Notes under the pieces: model-generated
The model's database searches: none
Told to the model about the DNA's origin: nothing
What the model saw: only the letters and a program-made list of their open reading frames with translations
In this document: positions 52,600-64,000 of the stretch, piece after piece
Layout of the letters: each line of letters opens with the position of its first letter
How positions within the stretch are numbered: the stretch's first letter is position 1
Source: Octopus bimaculoides
Taxonomy: Eukaryota
DNA: 64,000 nucleotides
NCBI RefSeq assembly: GCF_001194135.2
Contig: NC_068997.1
Coordinates: 54,702,099-54,766,098 of the forward strand
Reading direction: 5' to 3'
Made by a program: the position numbers and the translations under genes

Positions 52600-55000
52600 A
52601 AATAAATCACCACTGAAGAAAAATTTCAATAATTTTCTTAAGCTATTATCAAAAGTGCATTGTTGGAATTCTTAATAAATTCTTCGATGAATTTTTCCAA
52701 ACCGGATGGCTAATGGTAGAACTAAATAGATCTATATCGTTTTGCATTATTCAATAAAAATCATATTTAAATGTTTTCCATTCAGATGGATACTGTATGA
52801 AAGGGAATGCTATTTTGTAAATTTAGATATTCATGTGAATTCCTATAGAAGGTATTTCAGAGTTTCTTAAATTTCACATATTTCAAACAACCAATCAGAA
52901 ATTAAGCGATAGAATACATTTTTGTAACAAATTCGGAAATTTTATTTTTTAAATTTTTAATAAATTCTTGAATTCAGTTAGTTAAGAAAAAGATTTAAAA
53001 ATTTCCTTTAAATTCAAATTCCAATCAAAGTTAATAATTTCTATAGTCTAATAAATATATGTTTATGATTTTCAGAATTTTAGCAGTCTCTTTTTGTTAT
53101 TGTAACAAAACTCCTTTAAATATTCTAATATTCTGAAAAGTAAGAACTAGTAGAAACCTTAGGAATTTCTCAGAAATTTCTTTTTGTGTTTTTGAATAGA
53201 AAAATCATCAGCAGCAGCAGACGTTTATTGCCCACCACTGATATATACATGAGTGCTTATATGCACCACGAGTCCATACGAGAGTTTCTCTCATAGTAAT
53301 TAATGCAGTATTCTGTTCTAATACAAGATCCACTTTTAAAGGAAGATAAATATTACCTTTTGATAATACTACTTCTATCTTTATTAATTTTCTCTTTAAA
53401 GTTACGTAAATTTTACTGAAAGACATGTGACTCTTTTCCAACTTCATTCCTTCCATTTTAATTTTAGAAAATATTGCTATATTATTTGTAAATAAACTTA
53501 TTTATTTTACAACTTATAATTCTAAAAACAGTAAAATTAAAACAAAATTATGATATGTTTGTGCAGTAACAATAAATAAATATATAAATAATTGAATAAA
53601 TGAAATAGCTATATAGGAGGATCTCATTAAATTTATTAATACATAATATAATGATACAAATATTAAAATTCACTAGTTTATTTAGACGTTTCCTCATCAC
53701 GGTGCCAATATTGTCATATAAAGAACTATTACTTTATAATCAGATGCAGCAGAAAGATTACCAGACATTCCTTAATAAAATTGCCTTAACAGACAACAGT
53801 TCTCATAATATATTTACTGCTTTACATAAGCAGAAATGCAAATGTATTTATGCATTAGATGTAGACAAAAGCTTTTAACTTTAATTGATGAATTCCATCG
53901 GATGACAATATTTGTATTGCCTGATATAGTTATTTCATAATTTATTAAGCAGTTCAAGCTGTATAATTTATTTATATTTCTTTTACATGAAGATGTTTTC
54001 GTTGATTTAATTATCTTTTGTGCCTGAGACCAAGTAAAATGTTTTAACTTCTGAATTTCAACCAACAATTTTGTCCAATATTTGCCCAAAATATCCATCA
54101 CCATGGCACAAATGTATGCGACAAATTTAAAATTGCAGCAACAACTTAATTCTCACCACTTTTTCATGAAATATTTTTAAAAATTTCATTTAAATAAAAA
54201 AATATAATAACTTGAACATTTCCTTATTTAGTGTTAATTTCCTACAGAACATAACAGTATCACCTGAATGAAATAGCTGGATACAAGTTTCATAATATCA
54301 CAACATTTATTCTACTCTACTTCATATTTATTTGCATACATTTATCACAATTCATTTATACTGTCTTCAAATAGTGACAATAGTTTGCCAGAAAATATTA
54401 GAAATTTTAATGAAACACTTGGATTTTCTAAGAACATTATCTATAATCTCTTTGTTAATATTTAAAATATTCCTTGAGTTTTTTGTCTTGGATTTGTAAG
54501 TATTTAATGGTATTATGTCTCATTACTTCTAACTTGACCAACATCAGCTCATTTAATACAAAAAGACAAAAATTTCTTGAATATAATTCATAATAAAGAA
54601 ATGTTTTATTATTTTAATCAAATGATAAATTTCGTCGTTAATTACAGAAGCCATCAACTGATTGCTAAATTTCTCTTTTGATAAGTGACATAAAAATGGA
54701 CAAATTCGTTAATCTCTATTTTCGAATTCTCTTCTCACTCAGATTTAAAATGTTGATTATATTAGATTTCTTTTTACCCTGTTCAGGTTCAGTAGTTTTG
54801 ATTATTTACATTTCCAGATGCTGTCATTTAACTCCTTAATTAACATAGATACATAGTAATGTATATTCTGTCTTGTCCAACATCAATCCTTAGCTTAACA
54901 GAACTAAAGTGCAACAATTTAATGTCTTCATAATGACTCAATAGTTCTTAATAATTCTAATTATGCACACAATTAACGAGTAACAATTCCATTTGCATAC
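52600..55000 (-). mobile_element. Probable ancient L1/Tx1-like LINE ORF2 remnant
   Basis: Scattered minus-strand pieces in the expected order (QDKKLKEYFK ~ GEKNTKYF; LNLSHTFVPW*WIF ~ LDFEKAFDSV.W.FL; QLELLNKL*NN ~ ELLA.KIRNN; NIYLPLKVDLVL ~ LY.P...GGL.L). Heavily decayed and recognised by eye only. Confidence 0.35.
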
Positions 55001-55082
55001 TATTATGAAGTGCTTCCAAGTAGACCCACACACTGAGGATATGTGTATGTGTGTGTAAATAAATGACAGTAAAAATTAGTGA

Positions 55083-55129
<47 letters not shown>

Positions 55130-55541
55130 GTTATAATTTATTTGGACAATTAATTTCAATGATATGATGCTAATATTATAAATGACTTCCTTCTCCTTCT
55201 CTAGAACATGATTTACAGCAGGTATATAATTACTATTGCAACATTATATTAGAAATATTACTGACATTTCCTGCATGGGGAAAAATACTCTTGTCTATCA
55301 ATCACTGAGATGAGATGGAAAATTAAAGATATACGTCTTTCTTTGAAAGCTATTTTTTAGATCTATTTCTTTAGATTAAAACAAAACTTCAAATGAAACT
55401 ATTTATCATAGTTCACTGGTCAATTCATTGTAAATTAAGCTTTTATAAATTTAAACAAATATGAAACATGAATGATGTTGAATATATTTTGTTTTTATTT
55501 TCTAGCTAATTAAAATATGCAAATATGTTTGTTAGACTTAC

Positions 55542-55750
55542 GCCATGCACATCAGTACACAAAAGTTTATTGTGTCTTGTTCCCTGTCCACACAGTCTTT
55601 CAGAACTGTCAAGAGAACAAATATTAGATGAAGTAAGATTCCAAGAATAGCAGGGACCTGGATCACAGGGTTGAGTTTCTGTAACAGTGGGACACTTGGC
55701 ATTTCCTCCGTTCGGTGTGGATATACTTTTAAGTGTTCTTTCTCTATAAC
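55542..55750 (-). CDS. THSD7A: THSD7-like exon B (209 bp, phase 1-0): YRERTLKSISTPNGGNAKCPTVTETQPCDPGPCYSWNLTSSNICSLDSSERLCGQGTRHNKLLCTDVHG
   Basis: Acceptor ttttAG|GTTAT, donor GGC|GTaagtc; open frame with TSR cysteine spacing; supplies the phase change needed between exons A and C; not in the ORF track. Confidence 0.92.
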
Positions 55751-55892
55751 CTAAAATTTAAAAAAAAATTGCATTTAGTTGGTTTTGACAGTTAATTTGT
55801 ATAAAAACAACAAAATCATTAAGTGAAACTTTTCTTATATTTAGTTGTTTTTTTTTTCCAATGGTAATAATCTCTACTCTGAGCCCCTTTAT

Positions 55893-56190
55893 ACCAGTGG
55901 TTCTCAACCACTACACTAATAAGGACCTTTCTTATTCTAAAGAATTTTCCCTATGAGCTTGGATATTTCAAAGATTTCTTCTCAGTCCGCTGATTTGATC
56001 AATAACAAACTAGCTTTGCCAGTTTCATCTTTTAATTAAAATATGTCAAGGAATAAATATGGAAACAACTAATATATTTTACACAGTAATCTTTTAAAAT
56101 TTAATACACAGATTATTCCCTTACCCCCACCCCTCCACTATTAACTTTGCAGACATCCAGGATTGATGGGCCCCAAATTCTGAGTCACCC
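55893..56190 (+). mobile_element. Possible hAT/Charlie-type MITE remnant
   Basis: Begins CAGTGGTTCTCAACC, a typical hAT-Charlie TIR; the partner TIR is not clearly preserved. Confidence 0.3.
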
Positions 56191-56244
56191 TTTTGTATTT
56201 ATCTGTAGGTCTTTAGATTTGAATCATTTCAATTACCTCGATGG

Positions 56245-56345
56245 AGATTGGAGCCTGGTGTAGCCATCTGGTTTCACCAGTCCTCAGTCAAATCGTCCAG
56301 CCCATGCTAGCATGGAAAGCGGACGTTAAACGATGATGATGATGA
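56245..56345 (-). mobile_element. Family A repeat fragment (well preserved, CpGs retained)
   Basis: agattggagcctggtg..cagtcctcagtcaaatcgtccagcccatgctagcatggaaagcggacgttaaacgatgatgatg is the reverse complement of family A. Confidence 0.82.
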
Positions 56346-57065
56346 GATTAATATATGTAAATGAAGGAATAGTTCTTTACTTTGGTTTCCTTGATGACAA
56401 TTACTGACTGCCTGATATTATTTGGCCCTTTTAATCTATACAATATGCCAAAGAGTTAGTTTTTGAATGGACACACACACACACTAAAACAGAAACACCT
56501 AATCTGCTAAGGCTGCTATTCTATGACTAAAACTAGATTTTGAATATTTATGGAGACCAGTAATTGTGTTCAGTGTACAGATTTCAATAATAATAATAAT
56601 AATGTTAGAAGCTTCTTAGCTCTTTCCCGCTCTACCCACCTTTAGAGCAGTACAAGAAGTTAAATGTTAATGTATTCTAATGGTGTTTCTTTATTTTGTT
56701 GGGTTTTGTCATCACTGATTAGTTTAATACTTTTAAATGCAGTTATTTCTGAGGCTGGTAACAACACATCTTTTAGAAATATTGAATTTTTTCTTTTCTC
56801 TTATCAACATATCTATATTTCTACTTTCATCTCTTATCAGTATTTGAAACTGCAAAGTTCTCAAGACTTTGAAACGAAAGTGTCATTTTCGGCTGCAGGA
56901 AGTGAGCAGCTGATACGGTAGTGACACATCCAGCAACAAGCTGTTAGATACATTAGATGTGGTGATGGAGACGATATTTTTTTTTATCATTTCATTATAT
57001 GTAAACCCCCCACACTTTGTCTGTCTTTGCCCTTGTGGCAAATAAATGAAGTTATTATTATTAAG

Positions 57066-57232
57066 TTGGTGAGCTGGCAGAATCATTAACATGGTGGACA
57101 AAATGCTTAGCAGTATTTCGTCTGTGGTTACATTCTGAGTTCAAATTCCGCTGAGGTCGACTTTGCTTTCATCCTTTCAGGGTCGATAAATTAATTACCA
57201 GTTGCGCATGGGGTCAATCTAATCAACTGCCC
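57066..57232 (+). mobile_element. SINE 'family D' copy (GGTGAGCTGGCAGAA..AAATGCTTAG..TTCTGAGTTCAAATTCCGC..GGTCGACTTTGC)
   Basis: Related copies at 19030 (+) and at 14140, 31668 and 48675 (-); preceded by (TTA)n. Confidence 0.78.
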
Positions 57233-57601
57233 CCACCAAAATTCATGTTTATATGTTTCTTTGAATATGTATGTAAATGTATACACACACAGAGATATAT
57301 ATATATATATATATAATTAACATAATATGGTAAAAATTCGATATTAATTAATATCAATTTAATACCAGGAAACTAGCACATTAAAAGAATCAGAAGTTTC
57401 AGGAAAAAATTTTTTCGAGATCCTAAGAAGATTATGGTACTTGTGTATATAAGATTGACCAGTAACCGGTCTGTCAATATGCTAGAAGAAGATCACTTTA
57501 AAATTCTCAAATAAGGATTCAGCGGAGCAAAAACAGGCGGGCGAGACCAATATATATAGATAGATATGCACACACATGTGTATGTGTTTATATGTTTATA
57601 A

Positions 57602-57653
<52 letters not shown>

Positions 57654-59184
57654 TTACATACATGTATGTAAAGATTTATACAAGACAATGGGAAAATAAA
57701 TTACAACATTGGTTTCTGTGCTGTTGTGCCAGCTTTAAGTAGTGGAGTTTTTATTATTATACCATTACCATTATTTTATGAATAATTACATAAATAAATA
57801 TGATTCAGGAAGAGTCCTGTACTGGTATGTGTGTGAATATGTGTATGTATGGATATATATGTATATATACATGTATGTATGTGTGTGTATATATACATAT
57901 ATGTGAGTGCGTGTATACATACATGTGTGTCTGTATATATGTATGTGTGTGTATGTATACACATGCACACACTTAACTACATTGTGTGGATTGTGTCTCT
58001 TTCTCTTCTAATTGGAATTGAAGTTAAATAAAACACTACTACCACTGTTTCTGCAAGAAGAATCTCTTAAAACAATAGTCATATTTCTCCTGTCCAGTTA
58101 GAAAATATCTCGTTTTTCTTTTCCACTTAAGAGGAGCCAGTGAAGAAAAATGAGGTAATTAGTAAGTGTATTTGTCTTTATCTTTAAAACTCTGTCAGGA
58201 ATAGACTTTATTAGAGAAGAAAGAGAGAGAGGTGGGGAATACAGAAAAGGCAGGTGATTGTTTTATTTTTGTTTTCATTTCTCATGAAAGAAAACATTTT
58301 TCGTTTTGTTTTGTCTTTTTGTTTTCATTGACAATTTCTCTTTTGTAAATTAGATTTTTGAAGCAGACAAATCATATAACATTAAGAGCTTCAGGGTAAA
58401 TAATAACTCTTTTCACTAAGTTTATTATTATTATTATTATTGTTGTTGTTGTCATCACATTGAGGGCAGTGTAGAGCAAAATTGGTTGAGAATAGTACAC
58501 GAAATGCATTGAGGCATCCAAGTATGTCATTTCGTGTTCTGAGTTCAACTCTTGCTAAGATTGCATTTACTTCACATTTATGTAGGGTTGCATCAAAGAC
58601 CACTTTCACACATAAATACAACCAACTGGCAGAGGCATTGAATGAGGAAGGACTGTAGGACATGTGTTTCTGCATTCTTATTCATCAGCTACAGACACGT
58701 TGTCTTTAAGGAGGATTTCTCTTTCAAGATAGTTACTGTAGCAAATATCTTAACATGTTTGAATGAATGTGAATGTATTAAATGTACACAGCTTGTAGAA
58801 TGAACATTTGAATCGTATGTAGTTTACCTTTGGTTACTGACTGAATGTATGCTCTCTTGTACTCCTAGCTCACTCAATGCTCTTTCCAAACGTTGTACTT
58901 CAAGACCTCAAGAGAGCATTCATTTGTGTGTTCAGTTTTACTCACATGATCTCTCTCTCTCTCTCCCTCTTTCTGCCCTACACACACACACTCTTACTCT
59001 TTCTCTGATGAGTTCATCATGTATGTTTTGAGAGAAACAAATTATATATTTTTTATATTTGGTTTAGAAATAAAAAATAAATTGTATTTATTGTGCTTTA
59101 ACAGGATTGAACACTTTGGTTCGTTGAGGTTTTACTTGTGTTCACAAACAAGTAAACTACATTAATACATGCGCACACACACAT

Positions 59185-59217
<33 letters not shown>

Positions 59218-59721
59218 AATATATGTGTGGCTATGTAAAATTTCTTAGACAATCTCTTCTAGATGCTTCAAAGATTATATAGTATTAGAGATATGCTAAA
59301 GGAGTACTACTTAAAACGAGTTCCCACAACCAATAAAGCTTCTCCCTTTTACACATCCTATGTAAATGAGTATTGATTGAGAGTTATACAAAATATTTTC
59401 TTGACAATTTAGCGAACATTGATAATTACTTGATCAGTTAACTAAGCCATAATAGCAGCAATGTCTTTGACAACTATTGTTGTATTTGTATAGGATATTA
59501 ATTTCATTGCATCCAAAAACATAATCTTGCTCACCTCACTGTCTACAATGAAATCTTTGCAATGTATACTAGATATCGATATTCAAATATGATTGATCAT
59601 TTTTCATTTCCTCCGAATAACTGAAGTCCTTTCCAAAAGAACATAGACTATAAATTTGCAGCTAAATAACATACTTCTACTGATTATTTATTAACTGCAA
59701 GAGCAAAGAAATGGAAACCAT

Positions 59722-59761
<40 letters not shown>

Positions 59762-61647
59762 CATCTGGATAACAACCTTATAACTTCAAGACAACAGAAC
59801 TGGAAACCACACACATTCAATATCATCTGGATAATAATTTTATAGCATGCTTTACAAATCTCCTCTATGGGTATTGGCTACCATATGCTTTCATGTAGCA
59901 GGAATATATATTTGCTGATAGTTTGGTGTGAACAAAAATTTGGAAGGAACTATGCTATTAAAGACAGATATTACTGAAATATTTAGAAGATATTTAGATT
60001 AGATGAGCTAAGTCTCCATGATGATCTAATAAAAATATCTGAAAGTATAAATAATTAAACACCCATTTTAGCCAAGGCACCAACAATTATCAAATCTAAG
60101 GGACTTTTAGACCAACATTAAAAATTTACGGAATGTGGCAGGCTGATTGTATGAATATTTGGATTTCTTTCTAAATATGAGAACAGCTTGCCGCACTACA
60201 TAACTGGTATTTATTTTATAGGATGATGATAGGCAAAGTTAAACTCCGACTATAAAAAATACCATGAAATATGGCAAATGATTTTTGTCTGACGTTCTAC
60301 CAATTCCGTCAAGCCACTGGCTTCAAAATAACTTTTATGTTAATATTAACATAATATAATCTATTTTCAGCTCAAGCAATGAAGAATATTGATCTTTTAA
60401 AAATTACTTTCGTTTTAACATTTCATAGATAAAAATGTTTCTCAGAAACATAATTCTCTCAAAGAAATATCTTGATTAAATGAATAATCATAACGAAACT
60501 ATAATTGATATTGTAATGAAGCTGTACAACAGTTTTGGAAATAAACTTGCCAGACAGTTGGAATTGTAGAAATATAAGAATGAATTTTATTTACATGTTG
60601 AAGCTCTTCCTGATTGATATACGTAATATTCTTCAAATGTTAATGTATATTTCTATTAAATTTTACTTTTAAGGATTTCCTTAAAAACCACTTCAGAATT
60701 CAATAAATGTAGTATATCACATATACATGTGAAATATATTACATATTTTCTGTTAAAGTTTTTCAAATTGTTCAAATTGCATTAAAAATCTACCAGATTC
60801 TTTGAAAATAGATAACTTTTGGTTTACTTTTTAATGATTATTTTATGCTACTCGCAGTTAGTTGACTTTTTTTAAATCAGATATATCCATTAATGGGTTA
60901 TTACAGTTGCAGTTATGACATCTATGCTTTATCCAAAAGGTATATGAACATCAAAATATGTTAACTGCAAATCAAACCAACGTCAAAGACATGGCTTACA
61001 CGAGGCTTATCACATACATTAAAGAATTTGCGTGTAGCCTTTATGTTTGAATAATGCATGTGTGACTGCAGTATTGAAGCTAAATTATAGATTTGAGGCT
61101 GATATTTTCTAACAGCTTGTCTGTAGAACTGTGTGTATCTCTCATCATGAAGCTAAAGCATAAACAGCCATCTTTTATAAAGAGAACTTCACAGGAAACA
61201 AATATAATATATTAATCTAATTGAGCTGTGTACGTATCAATAATTTACATAGGCGAAATTTGTATTTCAATTAAATTCCCCTTTAATTATTCAGCTCCAC
61301 AATAAAGAAATTTCTTTTTTAATAGCAGTGTAAAAGAATGCACAGAAATGAGAAATTTGAAATTACTATTTCATTGAAATGTTATTGATAATATGAAACT
61401 GTGATGAAGAAAAAAATATTTTTGATTGCATTTAAATTTCCAAAGAATTCTCAATTAGGGTTCACTTTCTTTCAATGAAAGTAAAACTGTTAATACTGTA
61501 GCAATGTTCCACCCCAATCCCACCACACACTCTCCACTTTCTCTCTCTCTCTCAAAAGTATACTTATTCACAAAACATGTATGAATGTTCAGAAATATCT
61601 TTCAACATTCCCATTGTAATTTTTCTGTAAAAGTAAAAATGCATTAC

Positions 61648-61833
61648 CTGAGTAAGGTTGTCGCTTTTTGCGATGAAGCTGATCTCCAATGCAAGAAATA
61701 GATTTACATTTACTCCAAGCACTCCATTCGGATGCCAAGCATCGTGCTCGGCATTCGATATGGCAGACTTTTGATAATGACGGCTTTGACTCTTTGCAAT
61801 TACTTTCTGCTACTGGAACTTGCTTATTATCAT
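61648..61833 (-). CDS. THSD7A: THSD7-like exon A (186 bp, phase 1-1): DDNKQVPVAESNCKESKPSLSKVCHIECRARCLASEWSAWSKCKSISCIGDQLHRKKRQPYS(G)
   Basis: Acceptor ...gtcttttacAG|ATGAT, donor TCAG|GTaatgc; WSAW TSR motif; inside ORF 61589..61879. Confidence 0.92.
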
Positions 61834-61983
61834 CTGTAAAAGACACAAACAGATATAAAGTAGTAAAATATACTTTCAATATTTATCTTCACCTCAGTAG
61901 TTCACTCATATATGTGTGCAATAATTGTATAATAGTATTAATTTAGTCTAAAACTAATGAATATTGATGTGGCTGTCACTATT

Positions 61984-62001
61984 TATTATTTGTGTGTGTG
62001 C

Positions 62002-62038
<37 letters not shown>

Positions 62039-62335
62039 CACACACACACACACATATATATACATACATATATATATACACACATATATATATATATACA
62101 TATATACATACATATATATATATATATATATACTACACATATATACATACACATATATATATATATATACAAATTATATATATATACATACATATATATA
62201 TATATATATACATACACACATATATACATACATATATATATACATATATATATACACATATATACATACATATGTATATATATATATGAATATACACACA
62301 CACACACACATATATATATAATATACATACATGAG
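61984..62335. repeat. Compound (TA)n/(CA)n/(TACA)n tract
   Basis: Directly visible, 150 bp upstream of the exon A acceptor. Confidence 0.95.
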
Positions 62336-63576
62336 TATACTGACTCAAACGCACGTCTGTAAGTGATAAGAGTAATAAAACAAAGGCTCCTCCTGACCAA
62401 TTAGAATTCATATATTGATCAAGATTTTAATTAAACATTTTAAAAATTTTGTTGTATTTTCCTAAACAGTTTTAATTGTAAACTTTGGAAGAAAAAAAAA
62501 AGACAGAGAACAAATATTGATTTTTCTTCCTCCCACTAAATCAATTAAAATTTGATATACAGGTCAACCAAGTTTGGTGTTACACCTTAAGAATATGTGA
62601 CTACATAAACCAAACTTAGTCATTTTGTACAGCAATTTTAGATTACAGTTGTTCTAAATTATTCTGCCATTCTTGCAGCTTGTGATGAAGAAAAAAAAAA
62701 GCCGTTCTTATAGAATTTAGAAATGGATTATAGATAAAGTGTGCAAGATAGGAATTTGTTTATTTTTTACATTCATTTGTATTTCTTTTCAAAATTTTTT
62801 TGATGTAATTATAAATTACAATTGATATAGTATTTGTAAAACTCAGTTACAGCTAATCTAAATTTAATCAGGAAAAATGAAAACAGTTTAAGAAAATCAA
62901 ACTGAAAAACAAAATGAAAAGCAGGAAAAACAAACAGGTGTTGTAGAAAATTCTAGAAACTGTTTATACTATATTAAGGATAGGTCAGGGATAGTATTAA
63001 TGTCTTGAGTTTTAACATTAGTTGATGAAAGTATCTCAAAATGATAGATGGAAGATACATATATAATTGTCAAAATTAACAATTTAAATATCTAAACGTT
63101 GGAAAGAAATTTGTTTATGAAATAGCATAAGAACTTTGAATATATATACATACTTACACAATGATATTTATGTGCAGATGTGTGTGTGAGAATGTGTGCA
63201 TGCATGCGTAGATGTGTGTGTATTTGATTGTGTGTATATATAATATCATTTACTATACACAGTTTTTAAATATGATCTACTAATAGTTTCATGCTGTGGA
63301 AACAATAATTAAGCAGATTTATATAACATGCCTTGTATCTCCAAGCAATTCTTCAATTCCAATACACATGGTTTGTCCTATTTTAAAAACAGGACACTGG
63401 TCTATTAAAAAGACAAGAAGGAAGTTAACGCAAAAAGTGGAACAAGGAAACAAAATGTGAATGTAAACGAAAAGAAAAAGGAAGGAAAGAAAGCCAAGAG
63501 TTGCATCCTTTTATCTATTGAAATGACAATCATGTATAGCTGGTGTAGAATAATTTAATGAGGAGGCGATAACTGC

Positions 63577-63682
63577 TCAATGTGGAGAGGGTGATGTCTT
63601 CCAGTTCAACAAGAGAAATGTGTCCATATGCTTACAGTTGGTAAAACTTTTGAACTGGAGGACACTACCCTCTCCAGATTGA
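63577..63682. other. 106-nt imperfect inverted repeat (intronic hairpin)
   Basis: Arm TCAATGTGGAGAGGGTGATGTCTTCCAGTTCAACAAG versus the reverse complement of the other arm TCAATCTGGAGAGGGTAGTGTCCTCCAGTTCAAAAG; 33-nt loop. Confidence 0.85.
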
Positions 63683-64000
63683 ACTTTGCAGACTTTGGCC
63701 TCTTCTATACCAACTAATAATGATTTTAATGGACAAAGTGGTGGTGCAATTCTTAGTTATCTTGCCTTTTCTTTATTTTTCTATTTTTATTCAACTGTTG
63801 TTTTCTTGTTCCACTTTTCACATCAACCTTCTTTTTGTCCTTATGTTTTCTTATCGAGCAGTGTCCTGTTTTTCAAATGGGACCAACCATGTTTACTGAG
63901 CCTAAAGGATTGCTTGGAGACACAAGACAGTTTATGTAAATTTGTGGAATTATTTGTGTTTCCACACCATTAAACTATTAGTAGGCTGTATTTAGAAACT

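Larger units (their letters stand above)
2189..61833 (-). other. THSD7A: Partial multi-exon gene: THSD7A/THSD7B-like thrombospondin type-1 domain-containing protein; nine internal exons, 5' and 3' ends outside the window
   Basis: Nine exons join in frame with GT-AG boundaries and matching phases (1|1,1|0,0|1,1|2,2|1,1|1,1|1,1|1,1|0), 1823 bp, about 607 codons. The product alternates spondin-type TSRs (CxxsxWsxWsxC...R.R...GGxxCP) with ADAMTS-type TSRs (CxxyxW...CGxGxxxRxxxC). Motifs such as 'S-KSKYNSECKNRERYP..C.CD..GNLSDC' and 'CPVDCLMSQWSSWSMCNASCGYG..GGRPCPKL' are collinear with my recollection of human THSD7A (GKSKKKEKCKNSHLYP..CDKY..GNWSDC; CPSDCKLSEWSNWSRCSKSCGSG..GGRPCPKL). It is probably a co-ortholog of THSD7A and THSD7B. 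Confidence 0.92.

Noticed and set aside
59707-59845. Repeat-spacer-repeat pattern as a CRISPR-like array
   Set aside because: Only two units, a microsatellite spacer, eukaryotic intron, no cas genes
2189-61833. Alternative identity as ADAMTS, F-spondin, SCO-spondin or papilin
   Set aside because: No protease, reeler, vWD or Kunitz domains in about 607 aa; the strict alternation of two TSR types and specific linker motifs fit THSD7
63590-63700. Possible extra THSD7 exon (a minus-strand GTAAG donor lies near 63631-63635)
   Set aside because: No frame gives TSR Cys/Trp motifs; the region is better explained as an inverted repeat

Overview
AT-rich eukaryotic genomic DNA, almost certainly from an octopus (coleoid cephalopod). 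The basis is the dense (TA)n/(CA)n/(TATG)n microsatellites next to assembly gaps plus SINE and RTE repeat families I recognise from Octopus genomes. There are no prokaryotic features. The whole window is the interior of one large minus-strand gene, a THSD7A/THSD7B-like thrombospondin type-1 repeat protein. I reconstructed nine consecutive GT-AG exons by hand (61833-61648, 55750-55542, 48189-47997, 44434-44239, 34534-34419, 29075-28866, 18066-17872, 11268-10939, 2376-2189). Together they give 1823 bp and about 607 codons, with matching splice phases and no stops. Four of them are absent from the supplied ORF track. The gene start and end lie outside the window. Introns of 3.6-10.8 kb hold several SINE families, decayed LINEs (RTE, probably L1/Tx1 and others), a Tigger/pogo transposase fossil, piggyBac-like MITEs and simple repeats. 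I found no clear novel multi-gene system. The best leads are: a furin-type RKKR insertion and a 42-aa acidic/Ser-Thr loop in the protein; a 106-nt intronic hairpin (miRNA or ADAR-substrate candidate); inverted SINE pairs flanking frame-preserving exons; a perfect IR-1 nuclear-receptor element; and one young full-length SINE with an 11-bp target-site duplication. Comparisons to human THSD7A are from memory and need a real alignment.
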